A DNA stretch of 64,000 bases from Octopus vulgaris (Eukaryota): assembly GCA_951406725.2 (NCBI GenBank), contig OX597816.1, positions 131,130,001-131,194,000 of the forward strand. The letters run 5' to 3'. Below the pieces are notes generated by a model. It ran no database searches. It had not been told where the DNA came from and saw nothing but the letters and a program-made list of their open reading frames with translations. Shown piece after piece: positions 25,525 to 38,715 of the stretch. A program made the position numbers and the translations under genes. Each line of letters begins with the position of its first letter. The stretch's first letter is position 1.

Positions 25525-27443
25525 TTATCATCATCTAACGTCCATTGTCTATGCTGGCATGGGTTGGATGGTTTGACTAGGTTGGCATGCTTGGAAGGCT
25601 GCACCAGACTCCAGTCTGATTTGGCATGGCTTTCTATGGCTTGATGCTCTTCCTAATGCCAACCAGTCCAAGAGTGTAGTGGGTGCTTTTACATGCCACT
25701 GGCATGGGTACCATTTGCATGACACTGGTTTTGCTCAGTTTGATGGGTCTTCTTCTCAAGCATGACATAATGCCAAAGGCCTTAGTCATTGTCTCCGAGA
25801 GGCCCAACACACGAAGGGAACTCAGCCACTTTGCTTCCATGAGGCCCAATGTTCAAAAGGAACTCAGGCATCTCACTTCTGTGAGGCCAACACTCAAAAG
25901 GAACCCAGCCACTTTGTCTCCATCAAGCCCAACGCTCAAAACGAACTCAGCCACTATGCATCCATGAGGCCCAACACTCAAAAGGAATTCAGCCACTTTA
26001 CCTCCGTGAGGCCCAACATTCAAAAGTTGATTTTTTTTACATGCCACCAGCAAGGACAGGTCCTCTTAAGCAGAGCACATGGCCAAAGGTCTCAGTCACT
26101 AGTCATTGCCTCTTTGAGGTTCAAAATTTGAAGATCATGCTTCACCACCTCATCCCATATCTTCCTGGGTCTACCTCTGCCACAGGTTCCCTCCACAGTT
26201 AGAGATCGGCACTTCTTTACACAGCTGTCCTCGTCCATACGCATCACATGACCATACCAGTGCAGTCGTCTCTCTTGCAAACCACATCTGATTCCTCTTA
26301 TGCTTAACTTTTCTCTCAAGATGCTTACACTCTGTCAAACATGCACACTGACATTGTACATCCAGCAAAGTATACTGGCTTCATTTCTCTCAAGCTTACG
26401 TATATCCTCGGCCGGTATAGCCTATGGTTCGCTGCCATGCAACACAGCTGTTCACACACAAGCATTAAACAATCTGCCTTTCACTGAGAGCAGAGTTCAG
26501 AACTCTCTGAACTTTGCCCAGCCTTATCTTATTCTCACAGCTATGCTCTTGGAACAACACCCCCAACACACGCTACTAACTTGGTCGCCTAGATACCGGA
26601 AGCTATCTACTACCTCCAGCTTGCCGCCCACCCACTGGCAGTCGATAGAGTTTATTTACTGCACATGATCAGCATTTATTATGCCTGGGCACCTCCCACA
26701 TACAAAAGTTAGTTTCTCTGTTAACTTTTCTTTCATGTTGCTGCACATTTTGTGTATCCAAAGCTTACACTGGGTGTATGTATCTTATGGCGTTTCTACC
26801 TACACCTTTTCTACAGATTGAGCAGGGCCATCTATCTGAGGAGATTTGTGATTTGTCTGCCTTCCTACTTACTAAGATTTTGGTTTTAGCAAGGTTAACT
26901 CTAAGGTCCTTTGATTCTAGACCTTGTTTCTATACTTGGATCTTCTTCTCTAGCTCAGGTAGTGATTCAGCTATAAGAGCAAGGTCATCAGCATAGAGGA
27001 GCTAGAGGGGCAGCCTATCTTGAATTTCTCCTGGAGGACTATGCTGAACAATCCTTGGTGAACCCCAACTTGTATCTTGAATTCTCCACTGTACTCATTG
27101 CTCACCCTCACTTTACTGGTAGCATCCCTGTACAAGGCTTGTACAGCTCTCACCAACCACTCATCTATCCCTAATTTCCACATTGACCACCAGATAAGGG
27201 ATTAGGGGATTAAGCTTTCTCCAAGTCAACAAAAGCCAAGTACAGAGGTTTATTTTTGGCTAGGTATTTCTCCTACAGTTGCCTTACCAGAAATATAGCA
27301 TCAGTGGTACTTCTACCTGGCACAAAGCCAAACTGCATCTCATCTAGACTAACCCTCTCCCTGATTAGTTGGGCTATGACTCTCTCCGCAACTTTCATCA
27401 CCTGATAAAACAAATTGATACCTCTGTAATTATTTCTATCATC
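25521..27443 (-). mobile_element. RTE-clade LINE, 5'-truncated and degenerate
   Basis: ORF fragments NYRGINL, QFGFVPGRSTTDAIFLVRQL, QVGVHQG, RLHWYGHVMRM, GRGRPRKIWDEVV; tail ends in a (GAT)n-like repeat at about 25525. Confidence 0.9.
25799..26027. repeat. ~42 bp minisatellite, about 5.5 copies, in the RTE 3' region
   Basis: Unit like GAGGCCCAACACTCAAAAGGAACTCAGCCACTTTGCCTCCAT repeated in tandem. Confidence 0.85.
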
Positions 27444-27655
27444 ACAGCTGATCTTACCAATGGATTTCATGTAAATAATACAATGGAGTGTTAGGTAACA
27501 ATCCAATTATATAACTATACGCTCATCAGAGTTAGCCAATACAAAAGGGAATATGGCGACTGCTCACTATTGTCAGAAGTGGATTAGCACAACTGGTTGT
27601 TTACACGAAACCGATTGGTAAGATCAGCTGTAATGGATTGGTAAGATCAGCTGGC

Positions 27656-28718
27656 TCTACCTGGATGGTGAACAGGTGTGGTCACTGCATGACAAGTTCT
27701 TCCTGCCACAATTAATGTCCCTGCAGGACGTAGGCACATGGATCACGCGGAGACCGAAAATGAGCGAATGGCAGAGGGAGTGTAGACATGCGCTCGCTCT
27801 GTTCCCCTGAGCAATACCGGCAGCAAGGCTACCACTGCAGATTTTTATAGCAGGTTGGTAGAGCACATGTCCGACGACGTCCTGGGGGAGACTCTAGGTT
27901 TCGATGAGAAACAGCTTGTCAACCTGTTCAGAAGAACATTCAGGCCGGGGTATCTGGACAACTTCCAGAAATCCCTGACCTGGTTGCGCTACCAATTGGC
28001 CTTGCCAGTTCGAGAGAGGTTGTCAAGCCATGGTGCTGGTACCCCACCTACATGCCCGAGGTGTGAGCGTGTCAGTGAAACTGTCACGTATGCCTTCGTA
28101 CATTGTGAGGAATTGAGGGGACTGATAACCTATATCGAACAACTGGTGTCAGATACGGAAAGAGTATGGTTATCGACTGAGTCTATCATCAAGATTGTGC
28201 CGCCTTCCTCCTTTAACAAGGAAAAGGAGGCATCATTTTTTTTGCATAGTAGCCGTATTGAAAGAGATTGTATGAGTGATGGGTGGAAGAGAAATTGAGA
28301 CAGGCAACTTTATCTCTGGACACGGGTTGGTTAGTTTTTTTAACTACCACCTGTCTAGAAAGATCAGTCTGGAGAAAAGGTGTCTACCTCAAAGAACATT
28401 TGAGAAAAGATGGGCAAATGTCGTAAAGAAGTTGAGAGTGAATGGGGCTGCGCTAATGTAGCCAGTCTGAACGGAAAAGAAGGGGAAAAGAACAAGAAAA
28501 AACAACAAAAAGGGGTATTATAAAAAAGTAAAAGAAAAAACCGGCGGGTCGAACACGAACCAGAAGAATATATAATCAAATTCATTTCGATTTCATTGTA
28601 CTATGTAAATTCATCCGATTTCATTATATTCGATTTTTTAAACTAACGTATAACCCCAGCCCCTAAATGATTTTGTTATGTCCTTGTGTTGTCCCCTCTG
28701 TGCCGAATAAAAGAAATT
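27656..28718 (+). mobile_element. Tx1/L1-clade LINE 3' end
   Basis: Zinc-finger region LDNFQKSLTW...LPVRERL...CPRCERVSETVTYAFVHC, ORF end near 28461, 3' UTR ending GTCCCCTCTGTGCCGAATAAAAGAAAT. Confidence 0.8.
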
Positions 28719-29153
28719 AGTTAGTGAGAACCGAGTCTGGCTGACCGGCTGAACAAAATGCCGTCTCTAAAGGAAAAGGTTCAAAGGGACAACTATGGTA
28801 ACTCACCAAAGAAGCAGTTGTTTCGTCCCACCACTCTCATTTTCACTAACTCACTTTCTTTTCTCTGTAATATTACCATACCTCTTTATATATATATACT
28901 ACTGAGATCGTGTATACACATATACAGGTCGAAATTAACTTTCTTTACCTTGCATGCTTTACGAACTGTGTTATACTATTACAGTAGCCTACCTCTCGTG
29001 GTATGGTATATATTAAAATAACGGTAAATAAATATTTCTTTATAACCTCGATCACTGTTCTTATTCCATGTTGCACACTGGCAACCAACACCTTAACAAC
29101 AACCGTTACAAAAAGGTGACCCTCGACTGCAACGAAGAACTAACCGTTACATA

Positions 29154-29203
<50 letters not shown>

Positions 29204-29899
29204 ATGTTTTGATGATCCTCCGACCAGTTTTATATTTTCTCTTTAAAATGGTTGTGTGTGTGTGTTCACTCACATCTAAGTCTTCTCGATGTTTTATAAC
29301 CATTTATCTCATCATTGAGAATTCAGAAAATTCCGTCAGTGCACAACTGAGATCAATGTCCTAAGGTGGCTATAACGATAACAGGCTCTTAAGTTTGAAG
29401 TTTTCTGTCAGGCATATCTGCATATAGAACTCAGCATTCCTACAATTACGTTGTTCTCTAAACAGTTAAGTTCCGTAACCATATGCACTTATAGTCATGC
29501 TATTAACACGCTTCTCACCAGTCATGCTATTAACACGCTTTCTCATCAGAAACTTACGACACATAAACTTGCTGTTTTATTAGTCGGAGTGTACCTGACC
29601 ACGGTCAAAATTTAATAAAGATTTTGTTTTGCCTAATTAAATAAATAGTTAATGGTATATCCCTTAATCTGTACTCATCCTTTGCAATTAAACCTCACCA
29701 AAAAAAAAGACTTTTTATGCTTAGGATCACGAAATTTACTATAAAGGTTATCTCCCTTGACATTACTTTACAACGCGACTGTGTAGTTGCCTTTGTGCGT
29801 GCGTGTGTGTTCTCTTTTTTAATTTAGAATAAATTTTGACCGTCCACCTGCTTGGTTGTGAAGAGGCTTCTGAGGGAGAGCGGGGTGGATAAGAATTTC

Positions 29900-30160
29900 A
29901 TCAATTCACACTATACTGGTTTCCAGTCAACTGAGGTGGACTGGTCTTTTAATGTGAATGGCAGATGTGTCCTTCCTGAAGCAGGTTTTTTATGGTGAGC
30001 TATTTGCTGGGAGACAAAGACAATGCAATTGAAAAGAATAAAAAAAGACTTCCTAGAAGCCAGTCTTGTGAAGTTGAAGATAACATACAAAGATGTTGAA
30101 TCTATTGCTCTTGACAGAAATAAATTGTAAAAAAAAGATGTAATCTAAAGTAAAAGATTT
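29900..30160 (+). mobile_element. Old RTE LINE C-terminal fragment
   Basis: QLRWTG, KQVFYGEL and DVESIALDRNK remnants; a C2H2-like HICTVCEANFKQLSVLKSH at about 30873-30930 may be its continuation. Confidence 0.55.
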
Positions 30161-30440
30161 TAAAGAAAAGAAACAAAAGTGAGCAAAAACGAAAAGAGGG
30201 CTACAGAATAATAACACCTTACCCAACACAGAAATAGTGTCATTATTCAATTGCTCAATCGGTGGTAAGATTTACCTTTCTCAGGCTGACTTAACTTCGT
30301 ATTTCAGAACTTCATGCAGTTAGCCTAAGAGACACTAAGATCATTCCAGTAGACATGCTCAAGTACCATATTTATACTAAGCCATGTAAGTACAGTGCTG
30401 GTGTAAAGAGGCTTTTAAAAATATCTATAAATAGCTATAT

Positions 30441-30832
30441 GCGCAGGAGTGGTTGTGTGGTAAGTAGCTTGCTTACCAACCACATGGTTCCGGGTTCAGT
30501 CCCACTGCGTGGCATCTTGGGCAAGTGTCTTTACTATAGCCTTGGGCCGACCAAAACCTTGTGAGTGGATTTGGTTGGCGAAAACTGAAAGAAGCCCATC
30601 GTATATATGTATATATGTGTGTGTGTGTGTTTGTCCCCCCAACACCGCTTGACAACCGATGCTGGTGTGTTTGCATCCCTGTAACTTAGCAGTTCGGCAA
30701 AAGAGACCGATAGAATAAGTACTAGGCTTACAAAGAATAAGTCCTGGGGTTGATTTGCTCGACTAAAGGCGGTGCTCCAGCATGGCCGCAGTCAAATGAC
30801 TGAAACAAGTAAAAGAGAGTAAAGAAAGAGTA
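30441..30832 (+). mobile_element. SINE family B (tRNA head, CORE-like GGCACCTTGGGCAAGT domain, internal microsatellite, CR1/L2-type tail)
   Basis: Near-identical copies at 9662-10057(-), 10780-11166(+), 33427-33830(-), 35196-35596(+), 47625-48036(+). Older or partial copies at 13480-13745(-), 17890-18070(-), 23160-23370(+), 24252-24410(-), 31057-31455(+), 47385-47580(-). Confidence 0.9.
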
Positions 30833-31637
30833 AGTCAAATAAGACTTACAAGACTGTACCATTTGAGGTGAGACATATTTGCACTGTCTGTGAGGCAAAT
30901 TTCAAACAGCTTTCAGTACTCAAAAGCCACTTATGTTTTCAAGCACAGAAAAAGCACATCTGACAAAAAGTGGTTGAGATTTGGATAGGAGCAGATTACT
31001 TCTAAATGTGTGTGTGTGTGCGTGCATATGTTGAGTGTGTATACATGTGTGAATAAGCACAGGTGTGGCTGTGTGGTAAGAAGTTTACTTCCTAACCATC
31101 TGGTTCAGGTTCAGTCTTATTGTGTGGTACCATGGATAAATGTCTTCTACTATAGCCCCTGTCAACAAAAGCCTTGTTAGTGGATTTAGTAGATAGAAAC
31201 TGAAAGAAGCCTGTCATGTGTGTGTGTGTATCTATCTGTATGTTTGTGTTTGTGTTCCACAACCACTTGACAACTAGTGCAGGTTTGTTTATGTCCCTAT
31301 AATTTAGCAGTTCAGCAAAAAAAAGAGTGGTAGAATTAGTATCTAGCTTAAAAAGACAATTACTGGGGTCAATTTACTTGACTAAACCCTTCAAGGCAAT
31401 GCCCTGCATCTTTTACCTGTTTCAGTCCAGTGACTGAAACAAATAAAAACTAAAAGATGTATATAGTATATATAATATATTTATATATATTATATATACT
31501 ATATATAATATATATATATATGTATATGTATAGGGAGAGTTTACGAAAAAAACAAAAGATGCAGACAGGTAATGTACAAAACAAACAGATGTATTAGTAT
31601 ATATATATATATGTATGTAAATATATATATATGTGTA

Positions 31638-31701
<64 letters not shown>

Positions 31702-32572
31702 TATCGATAGATAAATAGATAGACATAGGTATATGTGTCTGTGTATATATGTAGTACGTATGTGTGCATATGTGTATGCATTTATACAGTGCATGTGTGT
31801 ATGAGTGGGTGCATGTGTATGAGTGTGTACATATGCCATATTTTATGTAATGTAATTTTACCTGATATAAATTCCTTCATGGGTCAAAGTATATAATTCT
31901 ATATTAACCTTATTAGATACTGATTTTCCTTTATAGTCCTCATAAGATTCATTTGTCATCTATTATCAATTAAGTTGCACTTAAGCACATAACAGATTAA
32001 GTTACAATTCTATCTTGTCAAGATACATAAAATTACTAGTTATCATTAAACAAAGAACCACCCTTGACAGTACAACAGACACTGGGCAATACAGTGGAGA
32101 CAGTAGTCTGGCATGTATTACTTGTAACTGTCCCCTGCTCCTCTTCATTACCTCAGTATATGCAAAATTTGGCAAAAGCATTTTGGCACTCATAAGAGTA
32201 GCTTGGAAGCTACATGCTCTGTACATCTGCAATTTAATGAATTAAATGAAGGATCAATTAAATATGTATGCCACAATGTGCAGCACTTGCATTGTGCCAG
32301 GCTATTTGAAACATCTGTAAGCTAAATAAATCATTGATAATACATCTTCATTCTTAATACTGGCCAATTGCTTGCCGGCATTTTGTCTGTCTGTACGTGC
32401 TGGGTTCAAATTCTGCTGAGATTGACTTTGCTTTTCATTCTTTTGAGGTTAATAAAATAAGTACCAGTTCAGCACTGGGATCAATGTAATTGACTTATCC
32501 CCTCCCCCAAACTTGCTGGCTTTGTGCCACAATTTGAATCCAATATATGTATGTGTGTGTGTGAGAGAGAGC

Positions 32573-32605
<33 letters not shown>

Positions 32606-34092
32606 TGTATGTATGTATGTATAGATAGATAGATAGATAGATTACCTGTGACCCATTGGGTCATCAATAGTTCAAGGTACCTGAAAAATCCACATATCTC
32701 GGGAATCCGTGGTCTGCTTTATGCAAAACTTCTGTTATTCCATGTGTGTTCACATTTCAATGGAACCTTACTTTCTAAGCATTTTCCCCATTATATGCCA
32801 GTTTGGCTATTTATAAAGGTCCCCAAAAAAAAACTGCGTATTTTGGTAATCCATGGTCCAATTTACATGTAACTTGTCTTATTCCCTCTGTTTCACCAAA
32901 TGCTCAACTCTCTGAGCATCCAATTCCTGATCTTTCCTTCTTCTGTGTCTTTCTCTCTGTTGTGCCAGACATTCAGCCCTTGCTTTATCAGTTTTATCAA
33001 TCCTTCTATTCACATGCCTGTCCTGATTTTGGATAAATATTTCGTAAAGGACCTGTTTGTACTTCGGTGTGAAGTAATTTTTTCTACGGGTTTTTTTTTT
33101 AGTGCGTTCAACAGAATTTTATTCATGGGGTTTTTTTTTCCTTTTCCAGGTTATTTCACATGCTATCAACCAATGTGACATTGAAATCATGAGTAAATGG
33201 CTCTTTTCCCCAGAAAAGGAAGGATTTGGCTGCTATTTCTTGCACGCCCCGCTACCACATAACAGGTACCTTGGGTCCTTTATTGCAAATAGCTGTTACT
33301 TGGTAGCAGGGCATACTAGAAATAGCAGCCAAATCTTTGTAGGTGAGATACATTGAATGCACTAAAAAAAATCCTATGGAAAAAATTATTTCACACCAAG
33401 ATTACGAACGAGTCTTTTACAAAATATTTACTCTTTACTCTTTTACTTGTTTCAGTCATTTGACTGCGGCCATGCTGGAGCACCGCCTTTTTAATCGAGC
33501 AACTCAACCCCGGGACTTATTCTTTTGTAAGCCCAGTACTTATTCTATTGGTCTCTTTTTGACGAACCGCTAAGTAACGGGGACATAAACACACCTGCAT
33601 CGGTTGTCAAGCAATGCTAGGGGACAAACACAGACACACAAACACACACACGCATATATATATACATATATATGATGGGCTTCTTTCAGTTTCCGTCTAC
33701 CAAATCCACTCACAAGGCTTTGGTCGGCCCGAGGCTATAGTAGAAGATACTCGCCCAAGGTGCCACGCAGTGGGACTGAACCCGGAACCATGTGGTTGGT
33801 AGACAAGCTACTTACCACACAGCCACTCCTTACCGTATTTTTAAAGTCATTTTCACTTAGAGATATTTTTTGAATATACCAAAAACAATTTTTGTAATGG
33901 TATTCACTTGAAAAAAATTTTTTAAAAAATAAAAATATTGTCTGTTTAAAGAAAGCTAAAATATAAATACTAACTGTACAAACAATTTACATTTTTGAAA
34001 TCACATTCACTTAAAATATTTCTAAATGATTAAAATATTGTGTTTAACAAAAGCACAAATAGAAACATTTAACCACTGGGCCATTGCGCCTC

Positions 34093-34137
<45 letters not shown>

Positions 34138-34269
34138 TGCAAATAAGAAAATGGAGAAGCACATTAGTCGGTTCATGAACTTTAGAACATTAAAATGTTG
34201 ACTTATTTATTTATCAAAATGACAACCATAATAACATACATACATATAGTATATTATTCAATGCATATA

Positions 34270-34317
<48 letters not shown>

Positions 34318-34660
34318 TCACATAGTGATATCCATTTGGCAGTTGATGATGGAAATATATATTTGCTATAATTGTTATTAATCTTGTTATTCTGAAATGT
34401 CCTTTATTCTGGTAAAGTAGAAAGCTTTTGTGGATTCGTGGTTTGTGGAGATTGCTTACATTGATGTTGGTTGTTTTTCTTCATAGATAAATCCTGATAA
34501 GTTTATATTATGCTTAGATATTGTTAGATATTAGTGTCTAGTTTAGTAGGGTTCTGTGGCACACATATATGTATGTATGAATGATGGACTCTCCTGTCGA
34601 AAACAATGTATGAGCATTCAGCCTCTGCCAAATGACCTGCACAAATAGTGATCAAATATA

Positions 34661-34693
<33 letters not shown>

Positions 34694-35899
34694 GTATATA
34701 TATACATATATATATACATATATATATATATATCACCATCTACATATAATGTTACATCTATATATACACACCATTAGAATGTATAATGCTGTGGACTTGT
34801 TTGAGGTAAAATGTCTTCAGAGATTTGTGTTAAAAACAATATACATCAGAGCAAGTTGAACGTCATTGCAGCACTGACTCGTGAGGACAAGAGATGAATT
34901 TCACCTTTCTTAAGTCTTGTCAGTACCATGCATCTGATTGTTACCCACTTACATGAAATTCATGTTTTATTAAATAAGAAACTGAATAAACATCCACTAT
35001 TGTTATGAAGGCTTTTTTGAGGCTGCCAGAAAACTCAGGCAGTACAGTTGAGACAGCATTAAATTAAAATCACCATCTATGCATCATGCTATATGTATGC
35101 ACATTATTACAAGATGTAATGCTGTGGTATTAAAATCTTTTCATAGACTTGTTTTAAAAACACTATATCAGAGCAAGACAAAGTAAATAAATGTAGGTGC
35201 AGGAGTGACTGTGTGGTAAGTAGCTTGCTTACCAACCACATGGTTCCGGGTTCAGTCCCACTGCATGGCACCTTGGGCAAGTGTCTTCTACTATAGCCTC
35301 GGGCTGAACAAAGCCTTGTGAGTGTATTTGGTAGACAGAAACTGAAAGAAGCCCGTCATATATATGTATATATATGTGTGTGTGTGTGTGTTTGTATGTC
35401 TGTGTTTGTCCCCCCAACATCGTTTAACAACCAATGCTGGTGTGTTTATGTCTCAGTAACTTAGCAGTTCAGCAAAAGAGACTGATAGAATAAGTACTAG
35501 GCTTACAAAGAATAAGTCCAGGGTTCGATTTGCTCGACTAAAGGTGGTACTCCAGCATGGCTGCAGTCAAATGACTGAAACAATTAAAAGAGTAATGTTG
35601 ATAGAAGTCCATCCTCCCATTGAAATGAACACACATCTACAATTTCCCAATCATGCTGTTTGACACCATAATCACTCTAATCTTTTCCATGCCACCTATT
35701 CTTGCCTTCAAGAAAGATGGGAACCTCTGCAACCTCTCAGAAGCTCCATATCACATATCACACACAACAGTCACACACAACAAGGCACTTTTAAATCCAC
35801 TTACCATTACAATTACCATCAGTACCTTAAATCATAGTGCCAAATCACACATCTGCTACACTTCTACTGACCTCATCTAAGTCATCACTACTAAATTCT

Positions 35900-36640
35900 G
35901 TGCCCTTCTAATATTCTACTATGTATTCTGGGCTAGTCCATAAAATCCAGCAACTTCTTCAATCAACTTGTTATTATCAATACCTAAGATAGTAGTTAAG
36001 ATCTCAGCTGTATCATCTGGAATGGTACGCATTCAAAAATTTAACTTATACCCTGATCAGAAATATAGTAGTGAATAATCCTTTCTACTAAATGCACAAG
36101 GCCTGAAATTTTAGGGGAAGGACTAGTCAATTCTATCAACTCCAGTACATAACTGGTACTTATTTCATTGACATTGACCCCAAAAGGATGAAAAGCAAAG
36201 TTGACCTCAGTGGAATTTGAACTCAGAATGTAAAGATGGACAAAATGCCACTAAGCATTTTGCCCAGCATGCTAATGATTCTGCCAGCTTACCACCTTTA
36301 TATAGTATTGAATAATGAAAGGTATTTTAGCATCTATTTTGCTTCCAAGCATTCATAGAAATTGTCACAAAATTTGTTTCTGCAAAGCCTTTTACAAACT
36401 CAGATTTACCATTGTTACATCCAAAATTAGTTTTACATTTTGTTCTTATATGAAATTTGTGCTTAAAATGCTTTGACAAACAGTCGGATGTGTTGAATCT
36501 CAAATCATAAGAAGCAGTATGAAATGCAAAAGTGGCTTCTTTAGCAGCAATGAAAATTTCCAATTTGATTATTTCCAACTTTTTTTTAATCATATTGATA
36601 TAGCAATAACACTTGTCTTATGCTTTGAAACTGTAAATGG
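35900..36640 (-). mobile_element. hAT-like transposase remnant interrupted by a SINE
   Basis: IAAKEATFAFHTASYDLRFNTSDCLSK and FVTISMNA resemble hAT transposase segments; the SINE at 36080-36299 is bounded by a 17 bp TSD (ATATAGTAGTGAATAAT/ATATAGTATTGAATAAT). Confidence 0.6.
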
Positions 36641-37895
36641 TCTTTAGTATCCAATCAACCCCCATACACTATAAGTGGGTGGATGGATGGATAGATGGAT
36701 GGATGGATGGATGGATGGATGGATGGATGGATGGATGGACGGACGGATGGACAGATTGATGGGTGGATGGATGGAATTAAGTACACATGCTGTGGAGAGA
36801 AGCAACAAAATGAAAAGAGCAACAGACAGGGGATACAAAACAATGTAAGAATGCATACCAAGTGAGCGAGAAATAGGGGAGAGAAACTTGGTGAGAGATG
36901 GAGAAATTATTGCTGGGATTCCTCTCAAACAGATACATTCTCTAGATTGGTTAATTTTCTTTGTGTATTTTAGAAACTATTTAACACAATAGTTGCAAAT
37001 ACAAGTTAGAATTAAAATCAGATGAAAAAAATTAGCAATGTAATTGATAGAAAAAAGGTTGTGAAAACCCTTCTTTCTTTAGAAATTTTTCATTAAAATC
37101 ATGAATTCTTAACATTTTGTTTTATTTCATTTTTTCCTCACATTTTAATATTCAGCTACAACATCCTGTAGTGTCATTATATCATATTTCTTCACACTTC
37201 CCTCCTACTACTCACAGTTTAATATCTTTATTTCCATTTAATACTAGTTACCATGGAAATAAAACTGTCTTGTGACTATAGCTATAGCTATTAATTTAAC
37301 TGATGCTGCTGACCCAGTAAGGGAGCTCTACACAGTTGCCTGACCTACTAGAAAGAGCAACCAAACTTCCTTTAAATCACACTGTTGTCTTAAAAGGGAT
37401 AAAATATGTAGGATAAAGTCGTCCCAGTATTTTTCTTTTTATCTTTTAGTCAAGAGGGAATACAGTGCTCTTGACCATTTACAGGGTCTTTTTGACAAGT
37501 AGGAGGGAGAGAGGAAGATATCTTCAAACCAGAGACCTGACTTAAATGCATCCAACAGAGTGGATTCCACCAAAGACACCTAGGTATCATCAGGTGGTAG
37601 TGTTAAACTGGGTAACAGATTAAGTCTATCACCCTGAGTAGGCCATAGCCATAATGGGATTTGAACTTAGAACAAAAAAAACCCAGGACAGATCAAGCAA
37701 TACATTTCAGTAAATGGTCAAACAGTTTCCCCAATCCATTGTCCTGGATTGCAACTGTTTTTATTGATCTAGAGAGGATGAAAGGCAAGGTTGACCTCTG
37801 TGGGGTTTGAACTCAGAGTTCAGAAATTAGAATTCAGAGGTCAAAAGGTCAGAAGTATGGATTTAGAATGCATTACTCCATCTATTAAAAAACAA

Positions 37896-37982
37896 GGCTG
37901 TATATATTCTAAAATTGGAAAGATATGGAGAAGATTAGCATGGCCTCTGCTCAAGAATGACACGCAAATTTGTGAAGTGTTC
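37896..37982 (+). pseudogene. U6 snRNA pseudogene, 5'-truncated
   Basis: CTAAAATTGGAAAGATATGGAGAAGATTAGCATGGCCTCTGCTCAAGAATGACACGCAAATTTGTGAAGTGTTC aligns with U6. The ACAGAGA box is mutated, and the 5' stem-loop and terminal T run are missing. Confidence 0.93.
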
Positions 37983-38587
37983 AAGAGCCTTGCAAGTGGA
38001 TTTGGTTGACAGAAACTGAAAGAAGCCTGTCATATATATATATATCATACATACATGCATACATACATACATACATACATATACATTTATATATATTTCA
38101 TCATCATTATCATTTAAGGTCCATTGTCCATGCTAGCATGAGTTGAATGGTTTGACCAGGGCTGGCAAGCTGGTATCAGCCACATTGCTCCCATGTGGCC
38201 TAACACTTGAAAGGTGTTGGTTACATGACACTGGCATCAACACCACAAATGCAAAATTCTCCCCTGAAGACAGAGGCGGTGTTACCTGATAATGGATCCA
38301 AGTAATTATCATTATTCTAGACCACCAAGCTCCCACAAGCAGCTGTTGGACTTGTAAAATTCTACCCATTTAATTCTTGATATCATTTATATTCTGTAAG
38401 TTAGACTATTTTATATCCATACACATGTACATTTTTTCCTATTAAATGTATTTAATATTCTGTGTAAATCAACTTGCTTAACTTGCTTCTCATTACATTT
38501 ACTATATATATATATATTTATATATATATATATATAGATAGATATATATATATACTTTATTTAAAAGCAGCAGAAATATAACAAAAG

Positions 38588-38625
38588 CTGTTACTCAGAG
38601 TTTCACATTCCCATTCATCAGACAG
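38588..38625 (-). ncRNA. Minimal type I hammerhead ribozyme motif
   Basis: Minus strand: CTGT-CTGATGA-ATG GGAA TGT-GAAA-CTCTGAG-TA-ACAG. Stem II looks like CpG-decayed ACG/CGT closed by a GGAA loop. Confidence 0.72.
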
Positions 38626-38670
38626 TTATATATACATGTATGTATGTATTATATATATATATATGTATGT

Positions 38671-38715
<45 letters not shown>

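Noticed and set aside
25799-26027. CRISPR-like array
   Set aside because: Head-to-tail degenerate units with no unique spacers, inside a eukaryotic LINE.
30873-30945. Host C2H2 zinc-finger exon
   Set aside because: A single incomplete finger with no linker or clear splice sites, downstream of an RTE fragment; more likely LINE-derived.
37896-37982. Functional U6 snRNA gene
   Set aside because: The 5' end is missing, the ACAGAGA box is mutated, there is no T-run terminator, and it is fused to a SINE.
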